Of a DNA stretch of 64,000 bases, positions 9,312 to 19,475 are shown piece by piece. Location: positions 32,001 to 96,000 of the IMG/VR virus record IMGVR_UViG_3300045988_094674, one strand, 5' to 3'. How positions within the stretch are numbered: position 1 is the first letter of the stretch; each line of letters starts with the position of its first letter. The notes below the pieces were generated by a model. The model ran no database searches, was not told the origin of the DNA, and worked only from the letters and a program-made list of their open reading frames with translations. A program made the position numbers and the translations under genes. This DNA comes from a virus.

Positions 9312-12300
9312 ATGTCAGATAATTTTGTAAATCTTCATGTACATACAGCGCAGGGTTCGTTACTTGACTCTATTCTTACCGTCAAGGAACTTGTAAACTT
9401 TGCCAAAGAAAACGGCCAGAAAGCAATCGCGGTTACAGACCACGGAAAAATGCACTCTTTTGTTGACCAAGTTAAGGCTTGCAAGGAAGCAGGCATTAAG
9501 CCAATCATCGGCTGTGAGGTCTACGAAGTAGATAATCAGAGCGAAAAAGCTGATACGAAAGACTATAAACAACCTCGTTATCATCTTGTTCTGCTGGCAA
9601 AAAACGAGATCGGTTTGAAAAATCTGTTCAAGGTTGTTTCAAATGCTTGCGTTGATGGCATGTATAAAAAGCCTCGAACTTCTTTGAACATCATTGAACA
9701 GAACGAGTGGGGTAAAGGTATCATCTGTCTTACGGCCTGCCAAGTTGGTCGAATGAGTAGATTGCTTGTTGATGGAAACGAGACTGAGGCATGGCAGTTA
9801 TGGAACAAACTGAAATGGATCTTTGATGACGTGTTTATGGAAATTCAGTCTCATGATACGCCAGATCAGGCTGAAGCTAATGCAAAAATTGCAGCTTTTA
9901 TCAAAAAGTACAATCTTCCGTATACCATTACAACCGATGCTCATATGCTTTCCAAGGAAGATGTTGATGCACATTCAGTTTTTGTAGAAATTGGAGAAGG
10001 ACGAGAAGTTGGAGAAAGTTATGTTGACTGCTATCTTCAAACTGAAAACGATGTTTTGAAAACATTGTCAAACCAGTTTGATGAAGACTTCATTCGAGAG
10101 GGCTGCTCAATGTCTGTGAAAATCGCAGACATGATTGATGATATCGATATCGGTCTTGGACAGCCGAACCAGATGCCAGAAGTGAAAATTGAGGGAAAAT
10201 TTGATTCTCATTTTGATTATCTTCGGCACCTTGTATATGCCACTTTTAATAAAAAATTCGGGTGGATGAGTGAAGTGGAACAGCAAACCCGGCGGAATCG
10301 TATTGAGATGGAACTGGATGTTTTGAAGTATGTTGATTATATTGACTATTTCATTATGCTGTATATGCTTTGCAAAAAGGCTGATGAACGCAAAATTCCT
10401 CGTGGGTACTCTCGTGGTTCTGGCGCAAATTGTCTTTGCCTTTTTATGGAGAATGTTACTCAGATTGACTCTGTTCGTTGGGATCTTGACTTCTCTCGCT
10501 TTGCAAACAAAGGTAGAAAGAGCCTGGCAGACTTCGACTTCGATGTCTCTAAACGTCGTCGAAAGGAACTTATTGCTATTGCAGAAGAACTTTTCGGCAA
10601 AGAAAATGTTGCTCCTATCGCTACGTTTAACTCTTTGTCTACAAAAGTTGCCATCAAAGATATTGGCAAAGTTCTGAACGAAGACCCAGAAAGCCCGTAT
10701 TATATGCAGATTCCGTATGAATTACGTAATGAGGTCGCCAAGTTAATTCCGACTGTAAAAACGCTGGATGACCTTGGCGAAGAAGTTGAAAAGGAAGTTC
10801 TACTAAAGGATATCCTCGGAAAGAGTGAACAGCTTTCTAATGTATATGACAAGTTTCCTCTATGGTTCAAATACGTTATGCGTCTTGAGGGTCTGCCTAA
10901 GAGTATGGGTCGCCATGCTGCCGGTACATTGATTACGCCCAAGCCTGTCATTGAATATTGTCCTCTTTGTATGGACAGAGAAGGCAATCAGATGTGCCAA
11001 CTTGAGATGCACAATGCCATGGATGATTTGTCGCTGGTCAAGATGGACTTCCTTGGTCTTGAGAATCTGGACATTATTGACGATACGTTAAAGATGGCTG
11101 GATTAACATGGGAAGATGTCGATATCAACCATCTTGATCTAAGTGATAAGGCTGTCTATGATACCGTCTACAAGTCGGGCAACACAATTGGCATTTTCCA
11201 GATGGAATCTGCAGAAGCACGAAAGATGTGTGTTGAAGCAAAGTGCGATAATGCTGAGGATATCATTGTTGTGAACGCAGCGAATCGTCCTGGTACTAAG
11301 GACAGCTTCCCGACGTATTGCTCCAATAAACTTCATCCAGAGACTATCAAACTACTCCATCCTGACATCAAACAGCTTTTTGCTAAGACGCAATACATTC
11401 TTCTTTATCAGGAACAGGCACTAGCGGTATTCCGCTATGCAGGATTCCCTGAAACTGAGGTTGACAATGCTCGTCGTGCTATCGGCAAGAAAAAGAAAGA
11501 TGTTATGGCATCCTTGGAAGTTCAGTTCCGAGATGGTCTTCACAAGAAAGGATGGAATGATTACCAGATTTCTGAGATGTGGGCATTGATCTTGAAACAG
11601 GCTTCTTATTCCTTCAACCGGGGCCACGCAGTTGCTTATGGGCTTCTTTCTTACCTGACAGCATACCTGAAGACTCATTATACTGAGTATTTCATGGCTG
11701 CGTGTATGATTACTAAAGAAGATGATTCTGGCAAAATGGGTGTGTTTATCAATGAATGTGACCGTTTACATATTCGGGTCCTTCCTCCAAGTGTTAACAA
11801 GTCTGATATGGAATTTAAGGCCGATGCAGAGAAGCACACAATTCTGTTTGGCTTGAAAGCCATTAAGGGAATGGGCGAGAGTGTCGCATCAGGAGTGATT
11901 GCAGATCGTCCATATTCTGGATTGGCAGACTTTGTTCAGAGAGCAAACGGTGGCAAGATTGGCACTTCAAACGTTGTCAAGTTGATTAAGGCGGGAGCTA
12001 TTCCAACAAAGGACAAGAGAAAAATCTTAATCACTTTTGCGAATATGGTTTTTGAGAACGAGTATAAAGAGAAGAGTTTCCACGAAATGGCATCTCTCCC
12101 CAAGATCTCTATTCTCAAAGACGAATACGGAATTGACACAGATTCTATTAAAGACAAACCTACCAGACTCGCCTTATATAATAAGGTAAGAAGGGAGCGC
12201 TGGGAAGCGGACACATGGAATCGAAAGAAAGAAAAAGACAAAAAGCGGAATGCCTTTATGCAGGCGTTTGCTGAAAAGTATATGCAAGACGAGCACATGT

Positions 12301-12659
12301 GGGAATTTGAAACGCTTTCAATGTTCTTGACTAGCAATCCCATTAAGGATGCTTGCACCTGTATTGATGCTGGTCTTGATACTGTAGAGGATGGCGGTGA
12401 GGCAACTGCTATTTGTGTCATCGTAGACATCCAAAAAAAGAAGGATAAACGTGGCAACCAGTTTGCATACTTACATGTTTACACGACAGGTGGTATTGTT
12501 GAAATGATTTGTTGGGCATATCAGTATGCACGATATTCAAGTCTAATTTCAAAGGGCAGCGATCTTGCAATCCTTTGCAAGAGAAAAGAAAATTCGTACA
12601 TTGTTGAGAAGATGAAGCCTTACAAACAGTGGCTGCATGATAGAGAGATAAAGCAATGA
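9312..12659 (+). CDS. dnaE: DNA polymerase III alpha subunit
   Basis: 1115 aa; PHP domain start NLHVHTAQGSLLDS; FDFD catalytic region; HhH and OB regions. Confidence 0.9.
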   Translation: MSDNFVNLHVHTAQGSLLDSILTVKELVNFAKENGQKAIAVTDHGKMHSFVDQVKACKEAGIKPIIGCEVYEVDNQSEKADTKDYKQPRYHLVLLAKNEIGLKNLFKVVSNACVDGMYKKPRTSLNIIEQNEWGKGIICLTACQVGRMSRLLVDGNETEAWQLWNKLKWIFDDVFMEIQSHDTPDQAEANAKIAAFIKKYNLPYTITTDAHMLSKEDVDAHSVFVEIGEGREVGESYVDCYLQTENDVLKTLSNQFDEDFIREGCSMSVKIADMIDDIDIGLGQPNQMPEVKIEGKFDSHFDYLRHLVYATFNKKFGWMSEVEQQTRRNRIEMELDVLKYVDYIDYFIMLYMLCKKADERKIPRGYSRGSGANCLCLFMENVTQIDSVRWDLDFSRFANKGRKSLADFDFDVSKRRRKELIAIAEELFGKENVAPIATFNSLSTKVAIKDIGKVLNEDPESPYYMQIPYELRNEVAKLIPTVKTLDDLGEEVEKEVLLKDILGKSEQLSNVYDKFPLWFKYVMRLEGLPKSMGRHAAGTLITPKPVIEYCPLCMDREGNQMCQLEMHNAMDDLSLVKMDFLGLENLDIIDDTLKMAGLTWEDVDINHLDLSDKAVYDTVYKSGNTIGIFQMESAEARKMCVEAKCDNAEDIIVVNAANRPGTKDSFPTYCSNKLHPETIKLLHPDIKQLFAKTQYILLYQEQALAVFRYAGFPETEVDNARRAIGKKKKDVMASLEVQFRDGLHKKGWNDYQISEMWALILKQASYSFNRGHAVAYGLLSYLTAYLKTHYTEYFMAACMITKEDDSGKMGVFINECDRLHIRVLPPSVNKSDMEFKADAEKHTILFGLKAIKGMGESVASGVIADRPYSGLADFVQRANGGKIGTSNVVKLIKAGAIPTKDKRKILITFANMVFENEYKEKSFHEMASLPKISILKDEYGIDTDSIKDKPTRLALYNKVRRERWEADTWNRKKEKDKKRNAFMQAFAEKYMQDEHMWEFETLSMFLTSNPIKDACTCIDAGLDTVEDGGEATAICVIVDIQKKKDKRGNQFAYLHVYTTGGIVEMICWAYQYARYSSLISKGSDLAILCKRKENSYIVEKMKPYKQWLHDREIKQ

Positions 12660-12901
12660 ATGATGTTTTATATAATGGTGTTTTATATACTATTGACGGA
12701 TTGGTTCTGTGTGAATTTCCTGAGTTTAAAATTGATTGTTACAAAGATAAAACTGTAATTAAGATACATTGTACGAATTGTTGCGTCGTTAGAAAAGTTC
12801 AGAAGTGGAAGTTTGACTGCGCAGAACAATGCGAGCTTACCACAAAATGGTTTTATTGCAGAGTGTGCGGAGGACTGACAGAATTTAGATTAGGTACATA
12901 A
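12656..12901 (+). CDS. small zinc-ribbon protein (hypothetical)
   Basis: ATGA overlap with dnaE; CTNCC ... CRVCG. Confidence 0.4.
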   Translation: MNDVLYNGVLYTIDGLVLCEFPEFKIDCYKDKTVIKIHCTNCCVVRKVQKWKFDCAEQCELTTKWFYCRVCGGLTEFRLGT

Positions 12902-12916
12902 TAAGAGGGCTATAAA

Positions 12917-15247
12917 GTGGCAGATAAAAAATTTAATGAAAATATGATCCGTTGCTACATCAGGATAAAACGAGTCTTTTATCCGAAAGATGGGAGGGAG
13001 GTGGAGCCCGGCGGCTTCGCCACTTTCTCTGCCGAGGTGGTAAAAGTCAAGCAGGGAAATCCTATCATGAGCCGATACAGCGACCTCCGGCTAAAAGGAA
13101 ACGTTCCTAGTCTCGATATGAATAAAACTTATTCGTTCTGTGGTGAGTACGTTCATCATGAAAAATTTGGTGATCAGTATAAAATCATCTACATGAATGA
13201 GTTTCAAGATATCACTGACCCGGAAGAGCAAAAAAGCTTTCTCCGTTTTATTTTGACTGACCATCAGTTTGAGATGCTCTATGAAGCATTCGACAATCCG
13301 TATGAGATTATCAAGAATGGTGATATCAAGTCTCTTTGTACTGTTAGTGGTATTACGGAAGGTCGAGCCAAGAAAATCATTGATGCCTATGAAAACAACA
13401 TTGATAACAGTGAAGCATACACAAAGCTGATTGAGTATGGCTTGACTTCTAGTGCTATTGAAAAGCTTGTCCGTCAATATCATGGTGCAGACATTCTAGT
13501 GAGAAAGATTGAAGAGAATCCTTATGTTCTGATCGATGATGCGTATGGCATCGGCTGGAAAAAAGCTGACGCTCTTGCTTTGAATATGGGCTTAAAGCAC
13601 AATTCGCAATTCAGAATCGAAGCTTATGTCATGCATTTTCTTGCCGCCCGTGCCGAAGAAGGTAACTCTATTATCCCGGCAAACCAGACAATCAATAGCT
13701 GTATTAAGGAACTTGATTTGAACGAGGGTGATCAAGAAGTCATCAAAAGGGCACTTTTCCATCTGCATGATGTCCGTGAAACGCTTTGGTGGAGTGATGA
13801 CCGTCAGGAATTTGCTTTAACTAGAGTGTGGAATCTTGAAGATGAAATTGCAAAAGAAATTAAGCGACTGGCGGATGCACCTGTTGAGCCGATTGGTCGA
13901 AACATGGATGCAGCAATCAATGAAGCTGGGAATGCGCTTGGCATCGAGTATACTGAGGAGCAGAGAGATGCTATTAAAAAGGTATGCTCTAACAATATCG
14001 CTATCGTCACAGGTCTTGGTGGATGCGGTAAAAGTACAGTTGTGGCTGGCGTCCTAAAGGTTCTTCGTGGTAAGTCTTTCGCTCAGACTGCACTCTCTGG
14101 ACGTGCCGCAGCTCGTATGCAGGAGATTACTGGTCAGGACGGTAAGACCATTCATCGTCTTCTTGGTTATGATATTGAGAATGGTGGTTTCATCCATAAC
14201 AAGGACAATCCTCTTGAAGAAGATATTATCATTCTGGATGAGACCTCTATGGTTGGAGCTCAGTTGTTCTATGACTTGATTCAGGCAATCGAGACCGGAA
14301 AGCGATTCATCATGATTGGTGATGACGGCCAGCTTGAGAGTATTGGTATGTGCAACATCTTCAAGGATATGCTTGCATCTAAGGTTGTTCCTGTGGCTCG
14401 TTTGACTAAGATCCATCGTCAGGCAGCTAAATCTGCAATTATCACAGAGAGCATTAAGGTTCGTAATGCTACGCAGTTGATTCCTTATGGCTGGGCTGGT
14501 AATGAGATTCGTGGCGAACTTCGTGATTTGGAGCTTGATATCTATAAGGACGCAAGTGAGTCATTCAACCACATCATCAATCAGTACCGTACCTTATATA
14601 ATAAGGTAGGGAATGATAGTGCGAAGATTCAGATTGTACTTCCACAGAAGCTGCGTGGTAGTATCTGTACTTATGAAGTCAATAACGCTATTCAGGAAAT
14701 TGTGAATCCGAGTCGTGGCCAAGCAGAAGCAAAAGTTACAATCTACGGTGACGGTAAAGATAGAGCGTATACTCTGCGTGAGGGCGATCAGGTCATTATT
14801 AACAAGAATAACTATGAGCTTCACACATACAATCTCAAGACAAAGAAAAAGGAAGAGAAATGTCCGGTGTTCAACGGAAACCGTGGCATTATCCGAAAGA
14901 TTGAGAGTAGTTTTATTCTGGTTGATTTTGACCAGTGGGGAACGATCTTCATTCCACATTATTTTGGTGGGAATAACATCTGGGCAACGCTTGAACTTGC
15001 TTATGCTTTAAGTTGTCATAAGTTGCAGGGCAGTGAGGCTCCGTATGTGATTGTTGGTATGGATAACTCTGCGTACCTAATGTTGACGAGAGAATGGCTC
15101 TATACGGCCATTACTCGTGCCAAGAAGTATTGTGTGATTTGTGCCGAAACTCATGCTCTTGATCGGGCTGTAAAGACTTCGAGAGTGCCATATAAGCGGA
15201 CGTTTCTGAAGGAATTTTTACGGAAAGAATTTTCAGAAAAGCATTGA
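12917..15247 (+). CDS. RecD-like SF1 DNA helicase
   Basis: GTG start; Walker A GLGGCGKST; IILDETSMV; HKLQGSEAPYVIV; YTAITRAKK. Confidence 0.85.
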   Translation: MADKKFNENMIRCYIRIKRVFYPKDGREVEPGGFATFSAEVVKVKQGNPIMSRYSDLRLKGNVPSLDMNKTYSFCGEYVHHEKFGDQYKIIYMNEFQDITDPEEQKSFLRFILTDHQFEMLYEAFDNPYEIIKNGDIKSLCTVSGITEGRAKKIIDAYENNIDNSEAYTKLIEYGLTSSAIEKLVRQYHGADILVRKIEENPYVLIDDAYGIGWKKADALALNMGLKHNSQFRIEAYVMHFLAARAEEGNSIIPANQTINSCIKELDLNEGDQEVIKRALFHLHDVRETLWWSDDRQEFALTRVWNLEDEIAKEIKRLADAPVEPIGRNMDAAINEAGNALGIEYTEEQRDAIKKVCSNNIAIVTGLGGCGKSTVVAGVLKVLRGKSFAQTALSGRAAARMQEITGQDGKTIHRLLGYDIENGGFIHNKDNPLEEDIIILDETSMVGAQLFYDLIQAIETGKRFIMIGDDGQLESIGMCNIFKDMLASKVVPVARLTKIHRQAAKSAIITESIKVRNATQLIPYGWAGNEIRGELRDLELDIYKDASESFNHIINQYRTLYNKVGNDSAKIQIVLPQKLRGSICTYEVNNAIQEIVNPSRGQAEAKVTIYGDGKDRAYTLREGDQVIINKNNYELHTYNLKTKKKEEKCPVFNGNRGIIRKIESSFILVDFDQWGTIFIPHYFGGNNIWATLELAYALSCHKLQGSEAPYVIVGMDNSAYLMLTREWLYTAITRAKKYCVICAETHALDRAVKTSRVPYKRTFLKEFLRKEFSEKH

Positions 15248-15272
15248 CAATCATATTAGTATCCTGTATAAT
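15244..15272 (+). promoter_or_regulatory. consensus sigma70-type promoter
   Basis: TTGACA (15244-15249), 17-nt spacer, TATAAT (15267-15272). Confidence 0.65.
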
Positions 15273-15315
15273 GTAGCTATAAGAAGTCTCTATCCCAGAG
15301 GCTTAAAATTTTCCC

Positions 15316-15338
15316 TATAGCTACGTGACACAGGATAC
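15316..15338 (+). repeat. variant copy of the ACACAGGATAC motif (TATAGCTACGTGACACAGGATAC)
   Basis: 2 mismatches to the 23-mer at 15385-15407. Confidence 0.5.
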
Positions 15339-15341
15339 AAT

Positions 15342-15381
15342 GAAAGAACGGCTTGCTCATAACGACAAGCCTTTCTTTATT
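15342..15381 (+). terminator. intrinsic-terminator-like hairpin in leader
   Basis: GAAAGAACGGCTTG / CAAGCCTTTCTTT stem with 10-nt loop, running into TTTCTTTATT. Confidence 0.45.
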
Positions 15382-15386
15382 AAGTA

Positions 15387-15407
15387 TAGCTAAGTAACAC
15401 AGGATAC
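15387..15407 (+). promoter_or_regulatory. 21-nt motif TAGCTAAGTAACACAGGATAC, copy 2
   Basis: Identical to 1486-1506; ends 3 nt before the ligase RBS AAGGAGG (15411-15417). Confidence 0.5.
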
Positions 15408-15420
15408 GCAAGGAGGCTTT

Positions 15421-16752
15421 ATGACAGATAAAGAGCTCATAGGTAAGCTTGATACAATGGTTAAGGCGTTGCAGAAAGCGAAGAAGAAGACGGATAAGAC
15501 CCGCATTTTGCTGGATGCACGTAAGGATTTTGGAGACGAAGCTGACGAGCTGATGGCGTTTTTCCGATTCTTGCTTGACCCGGCAATTGTTACTGGCCTA
15601 TCTGATGCAAAGATCAACAAGAAGGTAACTGCAAAGCAGGATATCGAAATTCAATATCTCAGCTGTGGATACCTTTATATTACGGGTGCTGGGCACAATA
15701 CCGGCTCTGATGCATCCATCGCAACAATCCAGAATTATTTACATAAAAATCCTGAGTATGAAGAGTTTCTGAAGCGACTATTCACTAAGAACTTGCCGAT
15801 TGGAGTCGAGGCAGCGACCATCAATAAAGTGTACGGCGAAGAAATTATTCCTGTCTGGGAGGTTCAACAGGGATACCCGATTGATAAGGTTAAGCTGAAG
15901 GATGGTATTTGGTTCAGTTTAAGCCAGAAGATGAATGGAAATAGGGGCACCATGTATAAAGGCGAGCTCATCTCTCGGCAGGCTCAGAAGTTTAAGGGAC
16001 TCGACCATATAAAGAATGACCTGCTCGCTCTATACGATGAAGACGCCTCAAGGCGAGATGCGTGGGTGTTTGATGGTGAGCTGATCTATAAGAACCCAGA
16101 AAGAATGTTGGACGGAGAGGCTTTTCGTTATGGCACTGGCCTACTTAATTCTGACAACAAGGACAAGACTGGAATCAAATTTGTGATTTTTGATGTGATT
16201 CCTGTTGTAGAGTTCGACCGTGGAAAGTGTACTATCCCATATAAAATTCGCCGTATTGGGTTAAATTGTCTTCGCGCAGAGATTACTCGCAAGAACCTTG
16301 AAAACATCGAAATTGTTCCAATGGTATATGAAGGTACTGACCAGAGTGTGATCCCGAAGTGGCTTGATTATGCTGTCGAACATGATTGGGAAGGTCTTAT
16401 GTTGAACACGGACGTCCCTTATCGCCGGGCTCGTCACAACGGATGTCTCAAAATCAAGCGATTCTACACTGTTGATCTTCGTATTACTGCAATTGAAGAG
16501 GGTCAGAACCGTCTGGCTGGTACGATGGGCGCTCTGGTTGTTGATTACAAGGGTAACGAGCTTCGTGTTGGTTCCGGTTTTGATGACGCTACGAGAGCTA
16601 CTGTGTGGGAAAATCCTGATGATTACATTGGCAAGATTGTCGAGTGCAAGTATAAAGAGGTCAGCTGCGATAAAAAGACTGGCGCTGAGTCTCTGCAATT
16701 CCCGACGTTTGTAAGATTTAGAGATGACAAGAACGAGGTGTCTTATGGCTGA
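15421..16752 (+). CDS. ATP-dependent DNA ligase
   Basis: Adenylation motif I-like KMNGNRG; WEGLMLN; LKIKR; C-terminal OB region. Confidence 0.8.
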   Translation: MTDKELIGKLDTMVKALQKAKKKTDKTRILLDARKDFGDEADELMAFFRFLLDPAIVTGLSDAKINKKVTAKQDIEIQYLSCGYLYITGAGHNTGSDASIATIQNYLHKNPEYEEFLKRLFTKNLPIGVEAATINKVYGEEIIPVWEVQQGYPIDKVKLKDGIWFSLSQKMNGNRGTMYKGELISRQAQKFKGLDHIKNDLLALYDEDASRRDAWVFDGELIYKNPERMLDGEAFRYGTGLLNSDNKDKTGIKFVIFDVIPVVEFDRGKCTIPYKIRRIGLNCLRAEITRKNLENIEIVPMVYEGTDQSVIPKWLDYAVEHDWEGLMLNTDVPYRRARHNGCLKIKRFYTVDLRITAIEEGQNRLAGTMGALVVDYKGNELRVGSGFDDATRATVWENPDDYIGKIVECKYKEVSCDKKTGAESLQFPTFVRFRDDKNEVSYG

Positions 16753-17041
16753 TGTTAGGTTGATTGACGCAAATGCTTTGCTTGACCGAAATAATTGGAC
16801 AATCAAGCAATACAGTGAAAAAGAAGCCGATGCTTGGCGAGACGGTATTGCTCTCATGAAGAAAAATATTGAAAACGCTCCGACAATTGACGCGGAATCT
16901 CTGCGGCCTAGAGGATATTGGATTCGGCGTAAAGATCGATACGATGGGGCATGGAGTTGCTCAATCTGTGGGAATGCTGTAGGACCAGTCATAGCCCTAT
17001 GTTCAAAATACTGTCTAAATTGCGGAGCAAAAATGAGGTAA
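16745..17041 (+). CDS. hypothetical protein with C-terminal zinc ribbon
   Basis: ATG 16745 after GAGGTG; CSICGN ... CLNCGAKM. Confidence 0.5.
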   Translation: MADVRLIDANALLDRNNWTIKQYSEKEADAWRDGIALMKKNIENAPTIDAESLRPRGYWIRRKDRYDGAWSCSICGNAVGPVIALCSKYCLNCGAKMR

Positions 17042-17043
17042 AT

Positions 17044-17355
17044 ATGCCTAAAAATAAGCTAAAAGATTCCTTTTATTGGATGGGCAAAAATGGGCAAGAA
17101 TGCAATGTGGATTTGTTATCCGAGCGTGTAAGCCGTTATATCAATAAAGCTAAAAATAATCTCAAGAAGACCCAGAAGGGTAAAGGAGAATTTTGCTTTA
17201 TTGCTGGCAAAGAATCACTTGTTATTGGAGTAGTAAACGAAAAGGGAGAACGCTCAATCTTTGTTATGAGAGATTATTGGGAAGCCGATTATTATCCTGA
17301 CTGCGGATGGATTAAAATGGAGAGTAAAGATGAATCTTTCAAAGAAAACGATTAA
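17044..17355 (+). CDS. hypothetical protein
   Basis: ATG 17044 after GAGG; tightly packed. Confidence 0.45.
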   Translation: MPKNKLKDSFYWMGKNGQECNVDLLSERVSRYINKAKNNLKKTQKGKGEFCFIAGKESLVIGVVNEKGERSIFVMRDYWEADYYPDCGWIKMESKDESFKEND

Positions 17356-17602
17356 ACATATTCTTCGGATTCTGGATAACAAATGTGTTGAAGTTCCTAC
17401 AAAGACATCTGCTTATAGCAATGGTGGACGTAGAATTTTGACTCGTGATTTTGAACCAAAGGTGTCACACGGAATGAATGGCTGGCAACGAATCGTTTAT
17501 GTGCCGTCCGAAGGATATTTCTACGGAATTTATAACGGAAAATCTGAAGAAGATTGGGACATTCCAGATATCTGGTCTCCTGCACAGCTTGCTGATTTGT
17601 GA
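17330..17602 (+). CDS. hypothetical protein
   Basis: RBS GGAGAG; overlaps upstream end. Confidence 0.45.
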   Translation: MNLSKKTIKHILRILDNKCVEVPTKTSAYSNGGRRILTRDFEPKVSHGMNGWQRIVYVPSEGYFYGIYNGKSEEDWDIPDIWSPAQLADL

Positions 17603-17611
17603 GGTTTTATA

Positions 17612-17836
17612 ATGTTTATTTTAACGCAGCATCGAACCGAGGTTGTTGATACTAGTAAATGTTTTGGAATTTGTATTGTAGAAGATTCGGCAGTTATTAG
17701 AGCGTATGGTAATAATACAAATGATTGGATAATGCTTGGTTTCTACGAAACAAGAAAACGAGCAAAAGAAGTAATTCAAGAGATTAACGTTGCTCTTTGT
17801 GAGAACCGTGTTAGTTTCGATATGCCGGAGGACTAA
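17612..17836 (+). CDS. hypothetical protein
   Basis: 74-aa ORF, RBS GAGG. Confidence 0.45.
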   Translation: MFILTQHRTEVVDTSKCFGICIVEDSAVIRAYGNNTNDWIMLGFYETRKRAKEVIQEINVALCENRVSFDMPED

Positions 17837-17837
17837 A

Positions 17838-18053
17838 ATGCTACTTTTAACGCAAGGCGGAGAAATTATAAATCTTGACCGTATGGCAATCATTGATACC
17901 GCAAGCCTTAATGTTTATGCAAGACAGGGCATGGGTGAGCGTGGAATTATTCTTGGTAGTTATAACTCCGAGAGTAGATGCTATGACGTTATTGCAGAAA
18001 TTTATGACGAATATGCACATGGACAGGATATGTATTCCATGCCGAAGGATTAA
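17838..18053 (+). CDS. hypothetical protein
   Basis: ATG 17838 after GGAGGA. Confidence 0.45.
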   Translation: MLLLTQGGEIINLDRMAIIDTASLNVYARQGMGERGIILGSYNSESRCYDVIAEIYDEYAHGQDMYSMPKD

Positions 18054-18055
18054 CG

Positions 18056-18295
18056 ATGAATGATTTTCAGAAAATCTCCATCCCAAAGAAAGAACGACTC
18101 GAAGTTCAACTTACCGATGGCACAGAAGAACACAATATATTGTACATAATTACATCTCTAGCCACTATTAAAGGTGCTGAGATTTTTAAAAATTTTCGTT
18201 TGTATTCTGTAGGCTCCGCCGGGGAGCTCAACTTATTAGAGAAGCGAGACGGCGATCCCTACTTTGATAAGCTGAAAGGAACAGAATATGAGTAA
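18056..18295 (+). CDS. hypothetical protein
   Basis: 79-aa ORF, RBS AAGGA. Confidence 0.45.
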   Translation: MNDFQKISIPKKERLEVQLTDGTEEHNILYIITSLATIKGAEIFKNFRLYSVGSAGELNLLEKRDGDPYFDKLKGTEYE

Positions 18296-18635
18296 TTCGA
18301 TGAATCGAGAAGACCGACGCAGAGAACAGCGTAAGGCACGAATCCTTGCCCGGCGAATCAAGAAGGCCGGTGGTCCCGACTTTCTGGTCGGAATGCCAGC
18401 AGAGGAATGGGAGCCAAAGATTGGTGATGAAGTCACTATCAAGGTAAAGAGAATTCAAGGAAAGAAGGATTTCTTTAAGATGAGTCCTCAATATCAGGAC
18501 TTTATCAATAGCCTTGAGGACGGAAAACCTTACAAAATCACCAGTACCGGCATGAAGGGTCAGGTTTACGGCATTGACGCACATCCTTATTTTCAGATTT
18601 GGAAGGGTGATATGGAACCCTACAAGGAGCCCTAA
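18288..18635 (+). CDS. hypothetical protein (basic N-terminus)
   Basis: 115 aa; RBS AAGGAA; REDRRREQRKARILARRIKK. Confidence 0.45.
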   Translation: MSNSMNREDRRREQRKARILARRIKKAGGPDFLVGMPAEEWEPKIGDEVTIKVKRIQGKKDFFKMSPQYQDFINSLEDGKPYKITSTGMKGQVYGIDAHPYFQIWKGDMEPYKEP

Positions 18636-18880
18636 TGAAGATGTACTTCAGGACGGACTATTATGCCGATGTTGGCATAGATGAAGTCGTTCGGCTTCAA
18701 AGAGGAATTACATACGAAGTGGTTTCAGAAACTGAATTTTTTTATTTTATCGTAACTGATAATGAATCATTCAGAAAAATGCTAAACATTGTCATGATTC
18801 CCAAAGAAGACCTTGAAGATGATGTATATGTCGTGACTGGTAAGAGCGAAAAACTTAAGGAAGGAGGTGGGGCGATATGA
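18635..18880 (+). CDS. hypothetical protein
   Basis: TAATG overlap; RBS AAGGAG. Confidence 0.45.
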   Translation: MKMYFRTDYYADVGIDEVVRLQRGITYEVVSETEFFYFIVTDNESFRKMLNIVMIPKEDLEDDVYVVTGKSEKLKEGGGAI

Positions 18881-19080
18881 TTGGTATTGACCATCGTGAG
18901 CAGGGTCGTAAGGAACGAGCCCTTGCAGAATATTACAGAACCTTGGCTAGATATCCTACTGAGTGTGGAGATCCGATTACATATCAGTTGTCAGAAGAGC
19001 AGCTTAAACAGGTTCTTTGTGGAGAGGTTACTGTTGATGAATTGATTGGAAGAGGTGAGGTAAGTGAGAGACAGGATTAA
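18877..19080 (+). CDS. hypothetical protein
   Basis: ATGA overlap; RBS GGAGGTGG. Confidence 0.45.
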   Translation: MIGIDHREQGRKERALAEYYRTLARYPTECGDPITYQLSEEQLKQVLCGEVTVDELIGRGEVSERQD

Positions 19081-19081
19081 G

Positions 19082-19228
19082 ATGTGGATCGCTTTCATTA
19101 AGATTTTTAAAGATTATCTTATTGCGGTCGGAATCATGATTGCGTTGTGGCTGCTGTCTTGCCTTATCAAATATGGGATTTCAGTATCCAGTTTTCCAGA
19201 TTGGTTTAAGTTTGCACTTCTAAAGTAA
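19082..19228 (+). CDS. small membrane protein (48 aa, below ORF-track cutoff)
   Basis: Hand translation MWIAFIKIFKDYLIAVGIMIALWLLSCLIKYG...; fills the gap between genes. Confidence 0.35.
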   Translation: MWIAFIKIFKDYLIAVGIMIALWLLSCLIKYGISVSSFPDWFKFALLK

Positions 19229-19239
19229 TGGAGGATTAA

Positions 19240-19464
19240 ATGGTAACCGATATTCTTAACAGAGAAATTCATGTTGGCGACACAGTTCTTAGAGCTAGAA
19301 CTCAAAAAAGTCGAGGAGTTCTTTGGAGTATTCATAAAGTTGTCGCCATTATGAACGTAATGATTAAAGTTCAAGATGGTCAGTACACTTTAAATGTCGC
19401 ACAAAAAAATTGCATTGTAATTGGTGAGAATGACATTCCTGAAAACTGGTGTGATGAAGATTAA
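19240..19464 (+). CDS. hypothetical protein
   Basis: RBS GGAGGA. Confidence 0.45.
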   Translation: MVTDILNREIHVGDTVLRARTQKSRGVLWSIHKVVAIMNVMIKVQDGQYTLNVAQKNCIVIGENDIPENWCDED

Positions 19465-19475
19465 GGAGAATAAAT

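Larger units (their letters stand above)
15273..15381 (+). promoter_or_regulatory. structured leader RNA upstream of ligase gene
   Basis: GTAGCTATA (15273-81) pairs with TATAGCTAC (15316-24); this encloses the hairpin AAGTCTCT/AGAGGCTT and is followed by a terminator-like hairpin. Confidence 0.45.
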
